Made by a program: the position numbers and the translations under genes. DNA of 64,000 nucleotides from a virus, in the IMG/VR virus record IMGVR_UViG_3300027541_000132; one strand, 5' to 3'. Below, in pieces: positions 19,251-29,835 of this stretch. How positions within the stretch are numbered: the stretch's first letter is position 1; each line of letters starts with the position of its first letter. A model generated the notes under the pieces. The model saw only the letters and a list, made by a program, of their open reading frames with translations. It ran no database searches and was not told the origin of the DNA.

Positions 19251-21332
19251 ATGCCATTATTAACTACATTAGGTAGCGCAGGCGTACAATCATATGGAAC
19301 TTCTGGAATACAGCCGGGAGGAAGTTTGTACTTTGTTGGCGGCAGTCAGTACTTAACATTTTCGGGAACTAGTTTAACCTACGGTACGGCAAACTTTACC
19401 ATAGAGTTTTGGTGGAAACCAATTACTAATTTGACTGGTATTAAAGTTTTATATGCTCAATGGTTTGGTAACAATAATTATCTTTGGATTTATCAACGTG
19501 ATGGCCAAATTGTATTTGCCACAGTAGGCGGCGCCATTCGAGCATTTGGTGGAACATTGACATTAAACACTTGGAATCATATTGCTTTAGTTCGAAACAG
19601 TGGTAGTGCTAGATTGTTCGTAAACGGTGTAGCCTATGCTTCTGCAACCTGTACTAATAACTATGCTACTAATACAACATATAATCCGTGTGTGGGGCAA
19701 TGGTATCCGGGCAATAGTACTTACCCAGCATTGGGTTACTTAACCAATTTAAGAATTTCTAAGAGTGCGTTATACACTACAGGATTTACTCCTAGCAAAG
19801 TTCCTTTTACTAGAACAAGTCAGGGTGCAACCGCATCTCTATTATTAAATGTAAAATCTAGTGGAACATTTACTACTGATAGTTCAGCCAATGCGATAGC
19901 AGTGACAAACAATCTTGTAACATATATTGCTGAATCTCCATATACTGAAAATTATGTAACGCCGCCAACAGTAACAGTAGTATCTGCTACAGTAACTCCA
20001 TCTACTCTTACAGGCAGCGAGGGTAGTGCAATTACGTTTACTATTGCTGGAACAAACGTTACAGATGGAACATACTACTATACAATTGAACAAGCATCCG
20101 GTAGTACAGCAATTACTACATCTGATTTTACCTCTGCATCCTTGTCTGGTACATTTACAATGACCAGCAATAGCGGATCATTTAATATAACACCTGCAAA
20201 GGATTTATTTACAGAAGGTACCGAAACGTTTTCTGTTGCAGTAAGACAAACATCGATTACAGGAACAATTATTGGCGCCAGTGATGAAATAACTATAACA
20301 GATATTTCTATTACACCAACATTAACACCTGACGCGGCAACTGTAAACGAAGGAAGTAGTGTATCGTTCACCGCAGCCAATGTTGGCCCAGACGGAACAT
20401 ACTACTGGACAACATCTGGTATTAGTGCAGGCGATGTAACTGCTACTAGCGGCTCATTTACAATAAGCGGTAGTACTGGTGGAATAGAAAACGGCACGGG
20501 CACATTTAGCATCACTACGTCTTCGGATAGAACAACCGAAGGATCTGAAACTATGAACGTACAAGTTCGAAGTGGCAGTACTAGCGGAACTATTATTGTA
20601 TCAACTAGTGTAACGATACTTGATACCTCATTGACACCATTTACTTCATTTACTGCCAATAGTACTATTGCAGAAATGGCAGGCAACATATCCGGGTATG
20701 CTACATCGACTACATTACAAGTAGGAAACCTTGGGCCTGCTGGAACATATTATTATACATTTAATAACGTATCTGGAACACTATTGACCACAGATATTTC
20801 TACAGGAAGTCTATCAGGATCTTTCACAACAACTTCATTAAATCAAACAACTACATTAACTATCGGTGCGGCCTCTGATACTGTAGCAGAAACTAATAGT
20901 GTCCAAGTGTTTACAGTTCAAATTAGAGAAGGTTCTATATCAGGAACAGTATTAGTAACTAGTGGACAGATAATATTATACGATTCATCGATGACAATTT
21001 CTGCAGTTTCTCCGAACCCTGCTAGTGAAGGTAACGGATTAAACATTACAGTAACTACACCATTATCGTCTCCTAACGGAATGGTTCAAGGAACATATTG
21101 GTTAACATTTGAAAGCACCAGCTCTGCTGTAGCCGCAGACGTTAGCGGACTACCGTATTCGTTTAATATTACCAGCCAAGGAAACTATTTTATTAACGGT
21201 ATAGTTTCTATTCGTGCCACGGACGGAGCAGAAGCCGCAGAAACATTTAGAATTGGTGTGAGACAAGGGTCCACTACCGGAACCCTTGTTGGACTAAGTC
21301 CTGTGATTACAATTAACGCTAGTGCTACTTAA
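19251..21332 (+). CDS. Structural protein with N-terminal LamG/ConA-like domain and four tandem repeat domains (693 aa)
   Basis: N-terminus 'FTIEFWWKP...NTWNHIALVRNSGSARLFVNGV' is LamG-like. Repeats are centred on 'DGTYYYT', 'DGTYYWT', 'AGTYYYT' and 'QGTYWLT'. Confidence 0.7.
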   Translation: MPLLTTLGSAGVQSYGTSGIQPGGSLYFVGGSQYLTFSGTSLTYGTANFTIEFWWKPITNLTGIKVLYAQWFGNNNYLWIYQRDGQIVFATVGGAIRAFGGTLTLNTWNHIALVRNSGSARLFVNGVAYASATCTNNYATNTTYNPCVGQWYPGNSTYPALGYLTNLRISKSALYTTGFTPSKVPFTRTSQGATASLLLNVKSSGTFTTDSSANAIAVTNNLVTYIAESPYTENYVTPPTVTVVSATVTPSTLTGSEGSAITFTIAGTNVTDGTYYYTIEQASGSTAITTSDFTSASLSGTFTMTSNSGSFNITPAKDLFTEGTETFSVAVRQTSITGTIIGASDEITITDISITPTLTPDAATVNEGSSVSFTAANVGPDGTYYWTTSGISAGDVTATSGSFTISGSTGGIENGTGTFSITTSSDRTTEGSETMNVQVRSGSTSGTIIVSTSVTILDTSLTPFTSFTANSTIAEMAGNISGYATSTTLQVGNLGPAGTYYYTFNNVSGTLLTTDISTGSLSGSFTTTSLNQTTTLTIGAASDTVAETNSVQVFTVQIREGSISGTVLVTSGQIILYDSSMTISAVSPNPASEGNGLNITVTTPLSSPNGMVQGTYWLTFESTSSAVAADVSGLPYSFNITSQGNYFINGIVSIRATDGAEAAETFRIGVRQGSTTGTLVGLSPVITINASAT

Positions 21333-22525
21333 GAACTAGCCTTAAGAAGAATAATCTCTTCGTTAATGCGTCCATTCATACGAGCCTCTGTAGCATTAAT
21401 CTCGTCTAAGAACTTACGCAACTGCACCTTACCAGCGGCTTTGAACTCTTTCATCTTTTCCTCTGGCTTACGCACAGTCTTCATAATGCTGAGTGTTTCG
21501 CTAAAGCCGGTAATTGTGGTGCCTTTAACACCTAATTCCATATATTCGTTGGCAACATACTTGCCCAACTTACGGCTCTTAGTGTTATAAACCCACAACT
21601 CCTTGCTACCGATAATGTCAGTAGGATTAATTGACACCAATTTCAATGGCTCGTCAGTTTTCTTGTACTTGAGTTTAGCAACAAGTTTGTCAACACTGAC
21701 TGCTTTCTTAGCACGAGGAGCACGATTCACTTTGGCTTCCTGCATTAACATAGTACAGGCGTTTTGAATCTCCTGCAAAAATGTAATGAAGTTACGAATC
21801 TGCTTTTTGCTACGATGACTGTAACCTTCTTTCAACTGTTCGTCTGCTTTACCGCTGGCAAGCTCTTCTAGTTCTGCCAAATCGCGAGCATAAAAGTCAC
21901 GAATGATACGAGCGTGTGCGGCTTTGGCCTGCTGGCTCTTCAACAAATTAAGAACCTTAAATGCTTTTGGATCAAAGTTTTCCGGATCGATTTGAAACGA
22001 CTCATAGGCCTTTTCAATTTCTTCAGTCATATTCAGCGCAACTTCACGCAGACGTTCTTGAATGCTAGGAGTGTACACTTCTTTTTTGACTTCAACTTTT
22101 TCTTCGCCCTCGGTATCGTCTTTGCCTTCGAGGATTACATTGACAATGGCATTACGCAACCAAGCGGCGGTGTCCTTGCCGCTGTTAAAGTCTGCACGTT
22201 GCGGAGTCATACCACGTAACAGACAGTGAGCAATGGCGCCCATTGTGGTGCTGATACGATTGTCTTTGACTTTCTTAATAGCAACAATGTCTTCTTTAGC
22301 ACAGCCTGCATCAGTCATCCACTTAACAATAATTGGCTTGTAAGTTTTAATGTCGCTTTCTAAACGATAGTAGTCCATGCTACTACGAAAGTGTTTATGG
22401 AACTTGTCGGCATCCCAAGATTCGCAACCTTCCCAATTTGGGCTAGTATCTTTGACTGCACGAGTGCGGTGTGCAATAACTTGCTTTTTGGTTACACGGG
22501 TTTTGGTTGCTGTCTTAGTAGCCAT
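21329..22525 (-). CDS. Hypothetical protein (398 aa)
   Basis: ORF-track entry with basic N-terminus 'MATKTATKTRVTKKQ'. Confidence 0.5.
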   Translation of the reverse strand: MATKTATKTRVTKKQVIAHRTRAVKDTSPNWEGCESWDADKFHKHFRSSMDYYRLESDIKTYKPIIVKWMTDAGCAKEDIVAIKKVKDNRISTTMGAIAHCLLRGMTPQRADFNSGKDTAAWLRNAIVNVILEGKDDTEGEEKVEVKKEVYTPSIQERLREVALNMTEEIEKAYESFQIDPENFDPKAFKVLNLLKSQQAKAAHARIIRDFYARDLAELEELASGKADEQLKEGYSHRSKKQIRNFITFLQEIQNACTMLMQEAKVNRAPRAKKAVSVDKLVAKLKYKKTDEPLKLVSINPTDIIGSKELWVYNTKSRKLGKYVANEYMELGVKGTTITGFSETLSIMKTVRKPEEKMKEFKAAGKVQLRKFLDEINATEARMNGRINEEIILLKASS

Positions 22526-22565
22526 TTTTGCTCCTGTTAATTAACTTAATAAACATATTATATAG

Positions 22566-22856
22566 TCACTCTTCCGAAATGTCAACTCCGCTCCAATACA
22601 GAACAAACCAATCCAAATCCTTTTTATTCTTAAACCAAAATTGGGTATAGCTCATTCTGCGAGCTCTTTTGGGCCAAATATACGTCTTAAACGTATTGTA
22701 ACACCAATTACTTATATTTTGGTAAGTAGATTCGCTAAACGGTTCTTCAAACCCGTCCCATTCCGGAAAGAGTTCTTGTTGTCCACTTTGGGTAACATAA
22801 TAAACGTCAGCAGTCCAAAACCCGTCTCTTTTGTCGATTCGGAACTGTGGTTTCAT
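22566..22856 (-). CDS. Hypothetical protein (96 aa)
   Basis: ORF-track entry. Confidence 0.45.
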   Translation of the reverse strand: MKPQFRIDKRDGFWTADVYYVTQSGQQELFPEWDGFEEPFSESTYQNISNWCYNTFKTYIWPKRARRMSYTQFWFKNKKDLDWFVLYWSGVDISEE

Positions 22857-23161
22857 TACAACATGAAATTTATTTTTTGGATGTTCTCAAACTTAAAACT
22901 ACGCCAATTGCCAATTACGGTATCCCAAACTGTACAAAGAACTTCTGAAGTTTTTGGGTTCTCTACTGTAGGGCAAATGCCTTCTTTAAGAGTACACTTC
23001 ATTTCTCTCAGTGTGCCATCAGTTTTTTTGAATGTTACTTCCACTGTGTCGTGCATACGTAGAACGTTAATCAACCATTCGCGAAATGACTTGCGTTCAT
23101 CTTCTGTGGCAGTAGCATACCAATCACTTTGAAACTCTACTAAATCTGTTACCTGTGTCAT
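22856..23161 (-). CDS. Hypothetical protein (101 aa)
   Basis: ORF-track entry, translationally coupled with its neighbours. Confidence 0.45.
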   Translation of the reverse strand: MTQVTDLVEFQSDWYATATEDERKSFREWLINVLRMHDTVEVTFKKTDGTLREMKCTLKEGICPTVENPKTSEVLCTVWDTVIGNWRSFKFENIQKINFML

Positions 23162-23162
23162 A

Positions 23163-23726
23163 TTAAAACTCCAAATCTGCGGCTAATACATATCTAAATT
23201 CTTTACTCTGTGGAGGAGTTGGTCTGTGATATATCTTGCCAGGATATATTAACCAATGATTCTGCACAGGCTCTATGGTGATTCGTTCTGGCTGACCGAC
23301 ACCGTTAGGGGCAAACTCTGTACCACTTGACTTATAGTCTGCATCGGTGGGTATCTTTAAATACCAAATGCCTGATACAGTAGTTTTCCCTTCGGTATAA
23401 TGGTGCGTGTGCCAAAGATTATCTCGATCCTCGGTAATTTCATTGTTAGTCATGAAACTCCAAGCCATTAATTGATTAATCTTTACTTCTTTACCTAAAT
23501 ACATAAACACACTAAAGATAAAACTCATTCTAAATTTCATCCAAAGCGGGTCAGGCAATCCAAATAAATTAACCTGTGTTTGATACTTGGGACTGTTTTT
23601 AAAATACTGTCCAGAATTTACAATGTCTGTAATTCGTTGTATAGCATCGGCCTGGTCTTGTTCTGTAATTACAGAACTAAAATTATATTTTTCAAATTGC
23701 CCAGTATGGTCTACGTATGTGGTCAT
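23163..23726 (-). CDS. Hypothetical protein (187 aa), possible 2OG-Fe(II) oxygenase-like
   Basis: 'WHTHHYTE...GKIYHRP' is only a weak His-cluster resemblance. Confidence 0.4.
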   Translation of the reverse strand: MTTYVDHTGQFEKYNFSSVITEQDQADAIQRITDIVNSGQYFKNSPKYQTQVNLFGLPDPLWMKFRMSFIFSVFMYLGKEVKINQLMAWSFMTNNEITEDRDNLWHTHHYTEGKTTVSGIWYLKIPTDADYKSSGTEFAPNGVGQPERITIEPVQNHWLIYPGKIYHRPTPPQSKEFRYVLAADLEF

Positions 23727-24346
23727 TCACGTTTCTCAATTACTTTATCTGCAAGTCCATATTCAACAGCCTGTTGTGCAGATAAGAATGTATCAAACTT
23801 CATGTCGCCAAACATTTCGTCATAGGTTTTACCTGCCGTATTGTGTTTAACATACAATTCAGTTAGACGTTTGTTGATACGCTGACTTTCCTCGTAAGTA
23901 CGTTTAGCATCTTCGAACTGTAGTTCTTGTACGTGTACGCTACCACGTGTGCCAGGAGTTCCTGAACTAACACGATGAATCATTGTGCGACTTTCTGGCA
24001 ATACAAATCGTTTACCTTTTGCACCAGCAGACGCTAGGAATGATCCCATACTTGCGGCCTGCCCAACTACGTAAGTGGCAACATCTGGTTTGATAAACTG
24101 CATGGTATCGTAAATAGCCAGTCCCGCAGTTACACTTCCACCAGGACTGTTAATAAACAGACTAATGTCTTTTTCGCTATTCTCACTTTCGAGGAATAGC
24201 AGTTGTGCCACAATCACACTGGCTGAATGTTCATTGACGTCGGTGTCTAACATAATTACACGATCCTTTAATAGACGTGAATAAATGTCATAGGCACGTT
24301 CGCCTTTGTTTGTGGACTCTACTACCATTGGCACCAAATGTGGCAT
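23723..24346 (-). CDS. clpP: ATP-dependent Clp protease proteolytic subunit ClpP
   Basis: '[62 protein letters not shown]' contains the ClpP catalytic Ser (GxSxG-like 'ASMGS') and the conserved Ser/His region. Confidence 0.9.
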   Translation of the reverse strand: MPHLVPMVVESTNKGERAYDIYSRLLKDRVIMLDTDVNEHSASVIVAQLLFLESENSEKDISLFINSPGGSVTAGLAIYDTMQFIKPDVATYVVGQAASMGSFLASAGAKGKRFVLPESRTMIHRVSSGTPGTRGSVHVQELQFEDAKRTYEESQRINKRLTELYVKHNTAGKTYDEMFGDMKFDTFLSAQQAVEYGLADKVIEKRE

Positions 24347-24347
24347 C

Positions 24348-24632
24348 TTATTCTACCTTTTCGTAAGTTTGTTCAAAAATATCTGGCTTGCAGGCATAGA
24401 ACTCGCCCTGCACTCCTTTAATAATCCAATCGCCTTCGGTGGCAATATGTTTAACTGTTAAACCTATACCGTCTTCTAATGTGCGTATTTCTGCTTCGGC
24501 TGGATCATTGTTATGTTCTTTGCGAATGTTGCCTAGAGATTCTCCGCAGAATTCTTCTAACTGTGCAACAGATTCGTCTGTGTAAAAAAATTGTACAGCC
24601 TCGATAATCACAGGCTTCTTACGAAATTTCAT
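24348..24632 (-). CDS. Hypothetical protein (94 aa)
   Basis: ORF-track entry. Confidence 0.45.
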   Translation of the reverse strand: MKFRKKPVIIEAVQFFYTDESVAQLEEFCGESLGNIRKEHNNDPAEAEIRTLEDGIGLTVKHIATEGDWIIKGVQGEFYACKPDIFEQTYEKVE

Positions 24633-25335
24633 TATGTTCCTTTGCTAACGTAAAATTAAAAAGTTTATAAAAATACAATTGATCTATCCTGTCAACTTCA
24701 TAGAAGGTATCAAACGCAACTTCAGTCTTGTCAACAACTAACTGCTTAAACATCTCCAATAAAGGATTATCGCTGGCTACTTCGATGTTGTATAGATAAC
24801 GGTCATCTGTAAACCAAAAACGATTAATATTTCGCTTCTGTTGTCTGCTAGAAGTAGTCTTCAAATACTTTAATTTTAGTTGACTCTTAACAGGCTTACC
24901 CATACCACGAATTATACGTGGAACATCTGTGGTGTTATATTGTTTTTTGAAATCATCGTATATCATATCTTCTTCGTAAAAGTAAGGAAGTTTATAATAT
25001 ATACCTAGGTCTTTGCCTTCGCAGGTATGAATACGATTTTCTAACAAATAGCAAACACGACTTCTAAAGTCACTGATATTTCTAGCATTAGTAAGATTAG
25101 ACCAAAAGTATTTCTTACCGTAATATTTTCTAATCTTTTCGGCTAATGTTCTAGTTTCATCTTTGATATTATTTTTTACACGGTCGTCTTCCATGGAATA
25201 AAAAGAACCTGGATTTCCCTCCATAAGTTCTTTTAGACTTACAGACAACACCAGTGGATCTTCTTGAAACTCCGTGGCTTTTTCTTTATAAGTTGCGGAA
25301 AAAATATTATCAAGATCTGAAACTACAACGTTCAT
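24619..25335 (-). CDS. Hypothetical protein (238 aa)
   Basis: ORF-track entry. Confidence 0.45.
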   Translation of the reverse strand: MNVVVSDLDNIFSATYKEKATEFQEDPLVLSVSLKELMEGNPGSFYSMEDDRVKNNIKDETRTLAEKIRKYYGKKYFWSNLTNARNISDFRSRVCYLLENRIHTCEGKDLGIYYKLPYFYEEDMIYDDFKKQYNTTDVPRIIRGMGKPVKSQLKLKYLKTTSSRQQKRNINRFWFTDDRYLYNIEVASDNPLLEMFKQLVVDKTEVAFDTFYEVDRIDQLYFYKLFNFTLAKEHNEIS

Positions 25336-25571
25336 TATCTGCCCTCTGTATATTTTTGACCTTTTGGTCCGTTACTAATAAAATCCATTCCGGCCATACG
25401 ACCTTCGTAAACTCTGCCATTCCAGTTCATTAATAGTTTAACACTTTTGTTCATTACCACAGTTAAGTTACGACCTTCATTGAATGCCATAACATCTGCT
25501 TGAACAACTCTACCCGAACTTTCCTGTTTAACTTCGCAGGTAGCATCGTATCTCACTTTAATATTACTCAT
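25335..25571 (-). CDS. Hypothetical protein (78 aa)
   Basis: ORF-track entry with overlapping start/stop. Confidence 0.4.
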   Translation of the reverse strand: MSNIKVRYDATCEVKQESSGRVVQADVMAFNEGRNLTVVMNKSVKLLMNWNGRVYEGRMAGMDFISNGPKGQKYTEGR

Positions 25572-25957
25572 GGCGCACTCTGTACTTGTTCTGATTCGGA
25601 TTCATATTTGCCAGCAATGGCTTCTAATAAATCAAAGTTTTCTTCTGCACGTTGAATTGCTTCATATGCTTTCTTCAGTGCGGGATTATTTTCTGCGGCA
25701 TATTTTCTGGCCTGTTGCTTACTACGCTGTTCACGTGCCCACTCTAACAAACTTTCTGCTTCTTGTGTAAGTTCAACAGTGGCATAATTCATGTTTAGTT
25801 GTTGCCATGAATTGCCATCGTTGACTTCCATAGCACTCGTGTTAGGGTTATACCGCAACATACCTGCACCACTGGAGCCAGGACTAATATAGTTACTGCT
25901 GGGCTGGCCACCAGATACAGTAACAAATCTTCCACTAGAATTAATACCTTTAATCAT
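25568..25957 (-). CDS. Hypothetical protein (129 aa)
   Basis: ORF-track entry. Confidence 0.45.
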   Translation of the reverse strand: MIKGINSSGRFVTVSGGQPSSNYISPGSSGAGMLRYNPNTSAMEVNDGNSWQQLNMNYATVELTQEAESLLEWAREQRSKQQARKYAAENNPALKKAYEAIQRAEENFDLLEAIAGKYESESEQVQSAP

Positions 25958-26379
25958 TTATACTCCTTATCTAATTCTACATTAGTTAGTCCAGCCACTG
26001 TTTGAAATTTATCCCATGCCGCCTTGGCCGCGGGATTAGTAGCCAACTCACTGCTAGGCAAAACTGTTTCTAACCAAATCTCTGGGCGACGACTTGGATG
26101 TGCGCCAAACTTTCTTGGCTGGTGCATTTTACCCGAATCATACAATTCGATGCTAATATCACGAAACTGTTGTTCGTTATGATAACCAGTCCATTCTGGG
26201 TTACTCCAGATACTGCCCGCACTACGACCACCGCCGTAGCCTTCCCAAATATTGCCCCATTGTTCATCGTTATGCGGATCAAAGTCCGTACGAGTAATGA
26301 GAACAAGAACATCATTGATATCTACAACACCATCAACAATGTCTCGAACACAACGGCTATAACTTAATCCAACTTTCAT
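25954..26379 (-). CDS. Hypothetical protein (141 aa)
   Basis: ORF-track entry. Confidence 0.45.
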   Translation of the reverse strand: MKVGLSYSRCVRDIVDGVVDINDVLVLITRTDFDPHNDEQWGNIWEGYGGGRSAGSIWSNPEWTGYHNEQQFRDISIELYDSGKMHQPRKFGAHPSRRPEIWLETVLPSSELATNPAAKAAWDKFQTVAGLTNVELDKEYK

Positions 26380-27266
26380 TATACTTCCAATACTATGTTA
26401 GGGTTCCAGCCACTATCTTCGCTGTAACCATCTGATTCGTAACCACGTGGATTACACACAACTCTTGTTTCACCAATCATATAATCAAAACAATGATGAG
26501 TGTGACCGTGTACCCACAGTTTGATTTGTGGACGATCCAAGATGAACTCACTCAAATCACTGTGGTAAGCACCGTTCATTAGTGTTTCACCTCTGTACTG
26601 TTCGTGTACACTTTGGAAACTCGGCGAATGATGTCCTACTACAACAAACTTTTCGTCAGGGCGTTCTGCTACTACATTTTTGATGTAGCCAAGCATATGA
26701 CGATGACGGATAACAGTATCATGTGGCTTAAGGTTAGTGTAACCTTCTTCTTCCTTTTTGATAACACGAAAGTCATTCATCATATCCCGCACAGCATGGA
26801 GTGTCAAAGGATCACCTTTGTTCATGTCAGTCCACAATGTACCACCAATAAATGTTACATCATCAATTTTCTTTGAGCCTGCCTCCAAGAAGTAGACATT
26901 AGGGAACTGAGCGCACTCCTCAGATAGTACAGTAAGTGTACGATTCCATTTACCGTGATAGAATTCATGGTTACCCGCTACGTAAATTGTATTTGGGAAT
27001 TGGAAACTGCAACGTTTCAAAAAGTCACGAAAGCGAGCTACCCTTTGTTGTTTACGTCCAAGGTCAGCAAACGCACCATACTCGTAGATGCTGGGCACAA
27101 CAGGATGGTCGTAGAGTTCCTCTGCAATCATAATATCGCCGGCAAGAATAAGCACATCGTAATCCTGATCATTTTGGATATTGATGTCGCTAAACTCTAA
27201 ATGGAGATCTGACACAAGTTTAATTTTCATACTAGTATTATACTTGAAATGTACCGATTCTGTCAA
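26379..27266 (-). CDS. Calcineurin-like metallophosphoesterase
   Basis: 'LVSDLHLE', 'GDIM', 'GNHEF' and 'VHGHTHH' match MPP-superfamily metal-binding motifs. Confidence 0.8.
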   Translation of the reverse strand: MTESVHFKYNTSMKIKLVSDLHLEFSDINIQNDQDYDVLILAGDIMIAEELYDHPVVPSIYEYGAFADLGRKQQRVARFRDFLKRCSFQFPNTIYVAGNHEFYHGKWNRTLTVLSEECAQFPNVYFLEAGSKKIDDVTFIGGTLWTDMNKGDPLTLHAVRDMMNDFRVIKKEEEGYTNLKPHDTVIRHRHMLGYIKNVVAERPDEKFVVVGHHSPSFQSVHEQYRGETLMNGAYHSDLSEFILDRPQIKLWVHGHTHHCFDYMIGETRVVCNPRGYESDGYSEDSGWNPNIVLEV

Positions 27267-27633
27267 TGCTATTGCCCCATTTTAATATAAAAAATGTAGC
27301 ATCTTGAGCAGTTAGTTTGGCTGTTATAGCATAATCGGTATGATAGTTCATTGGAGCCATATGTCTATGCCATATAGGAGTTTCTACAGCGTGACTCATA
27401 ACCCATTTACCCGATTCGCTTTCCTGCCATTCTAATAATGGTTGTGCGGCATACAGGTCTGGATCTTCCACATCTCCCATTTTAAATCGATGTACAATTA
27501 GTTCTTTGAACTCTACAACCTTGTCATCGATTAAATTATATTGATGTTTGTAATGACCCGGAGGATTATTATTGTAATTGTTTGGAGTGGGCATAGTTAC
27601 AGGCCAATTAAAACGGCCACTTATTGTTCCCAT
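27238..27633 (-). CDS. Hypothetical protein (start set at internal Met 'MGTISGRF')
   Basis: The longer track ORF overlaps the upstream acidic gene by 116 nt. An internal ATG with an AGGAAG RBS reduces the overlap. Confidence 0.4.
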   Translation of the reverse strand: MGTISGRFNWPVTMPTPNNYNNNPPGHYKHQYNLIDDKVVEFKELIVHRFKMGDVEDPDLYAAQPLLEWQESESGKWVMSHAVETPIWHRHMAPMNYHTDYAITAKLTAQDATFFILKWGNSIDRIGTFQV

Positions 27634-28147
27634 TTTCTTCCTGCCATTTTCGAACAGACTCAGCAAGTTCTTCTCTAGTACGTAATTTAACGTTTTCTTC
27701 AACAACAGTACCGTCATCTTCACAGAGACTGACTTGGAAAGGAGCGTCGATAACTAGGTAGTCATCTTCAACTTGCCAATCATGATTGCCTTCAAACAAC
27801 CAAGCCGCACCACTGCGCTCGTCGTCATCGTCTGGATCGCCTTCTAGGTAACACTCTTTAATTTGTTCTTGCTCTTCTTCAGTGATATCATCGCTAAATT
27901 CAAACCAACAAGCGTGTTGGTCATCTAATTCAGACCCCCAACCGCAGTCTGTCTTAGCGTGTGCTTGAGCATCGCCTTCTAAAGGCAAGTTACAATCCAT
28001 GTCTTCTTCAACAAACCCTTGACCCCAACGATAGTGATCATCGATGTTGAACCAACTAATTGAACCATCCGCATTTTCGCGGTACATTTCAATGTGCCAG
28101 CAGATACTTTTCTTTTCTAACGGTTTGATCAGATATACTTTGCTCAT
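27608..28147 (-). CDS. Highly acidic protein (179 aa), paralogue of 28369-28980; candidate DNA mimic
   Basis: Strongly acidic (D/E-rich) product with 'CWHIEMY', 'EEEQEQIKECY' and 'DPDDDDERS', paralleling the neighbouring acidic ORF. Confidence 0.6.
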   Translation of the reverse strand: MSKVYLIKPLEKKSICWHIEMYRENADGSISWFNIDDHYRWGQGFVEEDMDCNLPLEGDAQAHAKTDCGWGSELDDQHACWFEFSDDITEEEQEQIKECYLEGDPDDDDERSGAAWLFEGNHDWQVEDDYLVIDAPFQVSLCEDDGTVVEENVKLRTREELAESVRKWQEENGNNKWPF

Positions 28148-28150
28148 TCT

Positions 28151-28372
28151 TCAACTCCGAAATGTTCTTGCCACATACGCTTGGGTTCGCTGATTATTGG
28201 TTGCCTTGCCATGAAACCATTCAGATTCTACCATTGCATCCAACACCATTCGTTCCATCAACTCTACATACTTTTCTGCGTATGCTTGACTATACGGCAT
28301 TGCTGTAGTTTCGTTTTGCTTGACAGCATAGATACGAGCCTGTTGCTCAAGTTGTTGAATTCGTTCGTTCAT
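28151..28372 (-). CDS. Hypothetical protein (73 aa)
   Basis: ORF-track entry. Confidence 0.4.
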   Translation of the reverse strand: MNERIQQLEQQARIYAVKQNETTAMPYSQAYAEKYVELMERMVLDAMVESEWFHGKATNNQRTQAYVARTFRS

Positions 28373-28980
28373 TCTTCGTCCTTAAAGTCAATAACATTAC
28401 CGTCTTCATCTGCACAGATGATGCGTACAGTTTCGCCGTCTTCGTTTTTAATCTCAATAGGACCCCAAATCCACCATTCAGTTTCATCTTGATACCATGA
28501 ATCTTCGCGATCTTCTAAATCGTAAATGCTATTCTCGTCGATAAACTCTTGCAGTTCTTCTTCCTCTTCTTCTGTTAGGCCATCAAACTCGATATCATAC
28601 CAGCAACCACCGTCGTCCATACTGATAAGTTCAACTTCTTCAATATTATTGTATGAGCAGTCTAGCATATTGATGCTGTCTTTTCGGCCATCGCCTCCAG
28701 GAACTTCTGTAAATTCAAATTCTGGAGGATTGTCGTCACTGGTTTCTACTGACCATTCTCCCCAACGGAATCCATTGGTGGTAGTAATTCTGCCTTTACC
28801 TTCTCGTTGAACCCAAAATTCAACTTCTTGTACACTCTTTTTGTAATAAGTTCTTACTGTCCAGGTTGCCATGCTACTTCTCCTTAAAGTTCTAAACCGT
28901 TTTGTTTGGCATAATCCTCGGGTGATTGACGTTTTTTCTGATACTCTGCTTCGTGCATATCGCATAGCGTACGAATCCAT
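28369..28980 (-). CDS. Highly acidic protein (203 aa), paralogue of 27608-28147
   Basis: 'GGCWYDIEFD', 'LTEEEEEELQEFI' and 'EDREDSWYQDETEWWIW' share patterns with the other acidic ORF. Confidence 0.6.
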   Translation of the reverse strand: MDSYAMRYARSRVSEKTSITRGLCQTKRFRTLRRSSMATWTVRTYYKKSVQEVEFWVQREGKGRITTTNGFRWGEWSVETSDDNPPEFEFTEVPGGDGRKDSINMLDCSYNNIEEVELISMDDGGCWYDIEFDGLTEEEEEELQEFIDENSIYDLEDREDSWYQDETEWWIWGPIEIKNEDGETVRIICADEDGNVIDFKDEE

Positions 28981-29366
28981 CCGCCATCTCTACGTTTGCC
29001 AGGAGCACAACATTCTTCGCAACAAGAGTCTGCCCAGGATTCTGCCATGGTAACCATGCCGTGAATGTATTCGTCACCGCCTTGATAATAGAAACGAAGC
29101 CCGCCAAACTTTTCTTTAATTTGTTCTACAACTACCTGCGGAATAAGTTCACGAGCAGGTTCTTTTTTATTTTCAACGTCCCAATCGTGTTGCTTCTTTG
29201 CCCAATCAATCCTGCCCTGTATATTGGCACAGAGATTTTCTAGGATAGGCCACCAACCTTTACCTACAGCAAATCCGCCGTAGCGTTCCGCAAACATTAA
29301 TGGAAATCTTTCTTCCATACGTTTAGCAAAGGCTTCGTATTCGTTATACTCTTGATCTTCTGTCAT
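28884..29366 (-). CDS. Hypothetical protein (160 aa), Cys-rich C-terminus
   Basis: ORF-track entry containing 'CCEECCAPG'. Confidence 0.45.
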   Translation of the reverse strand: MTEDQEYNEYEAFAKRMEERFPLMFAERYGGFAVGKGWWPILENLCANIQGRIDWAKKQHDWDVENKKEPARELIPQVVVEQIKEKFGGLRFYYQGGDEYIHGMVTMAESWADSCCEECCAPGKRRDGGWIRTLCDMHEAEYQKKRQSPEDYAKQNGLEL

Positions 29367-29617
29367 TTTATATCATCCGAGGTTTCAGGGAAATGGCTAA
29401 TAATTAAATCTAATGCTTCAATGGTACGCATATTGATTACAACATCTTCAGGGTGTAACCAATAGCCGTCTGGATTTGATTCTGTTTTAGGATTCTTTTT
29501 CCATTGACGTAATTCTTTTTTCAAGTAAGCACGATAGTCTTTTAGATTAAGACTAGTAATTCGATCCGCAGTTTCGCCATCAATCCATTGATAAGGTTTA
29601 TGCTTTGCTTTACTCAC
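29363..29617 (-). CDS. Hypothetical protein (84 aa)
   Basis: ORF-track entry. Confidence 0.4.
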   Translation of the reverse strand: MSKAKHKPYQWIDGETADRITSLNLKDYRAYLKKELRQWKKNPKTESNPDGYWLHPEDVVINMRTIEALDLIISHFPETSDDIK

Positions 29618-29835
29618 GACTTCAGTCCTTCTAACGTTTGACGTTTGGCTTCTTCTTTGACTTCTTGTTTATGAATTGTCTGCAATCCGCGAAACATTTC
29701 TTCGACTACATGAATAATAGCATTCTTACCGTCTTCAGTTAAGTGACTGTATTCAGGACTTACAGTACTTTCGTGCCAGACTCTACCGTTTTGGCTAAGT
29801 TCTAGTAATGCTCCATAGAGCATATCCTTGTGCAT
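29614..29835 (-). CDS. Hypothetical protein (start trimmed to Met 'MHKDMLYG')
   Basis: The longer track ORF would overlap the ligase 3' end by 245 nt, so an internal Met downstream of the ligase stop was chosen. Confidence 0.35.
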   Translation of the reverse strand: MHKDMLYGALLELSQNGRVWHESTVSPEYSHLTEDGKNAIIHVVEEMFRGLQTIHKQEVKEEAKRQTLEGLKS

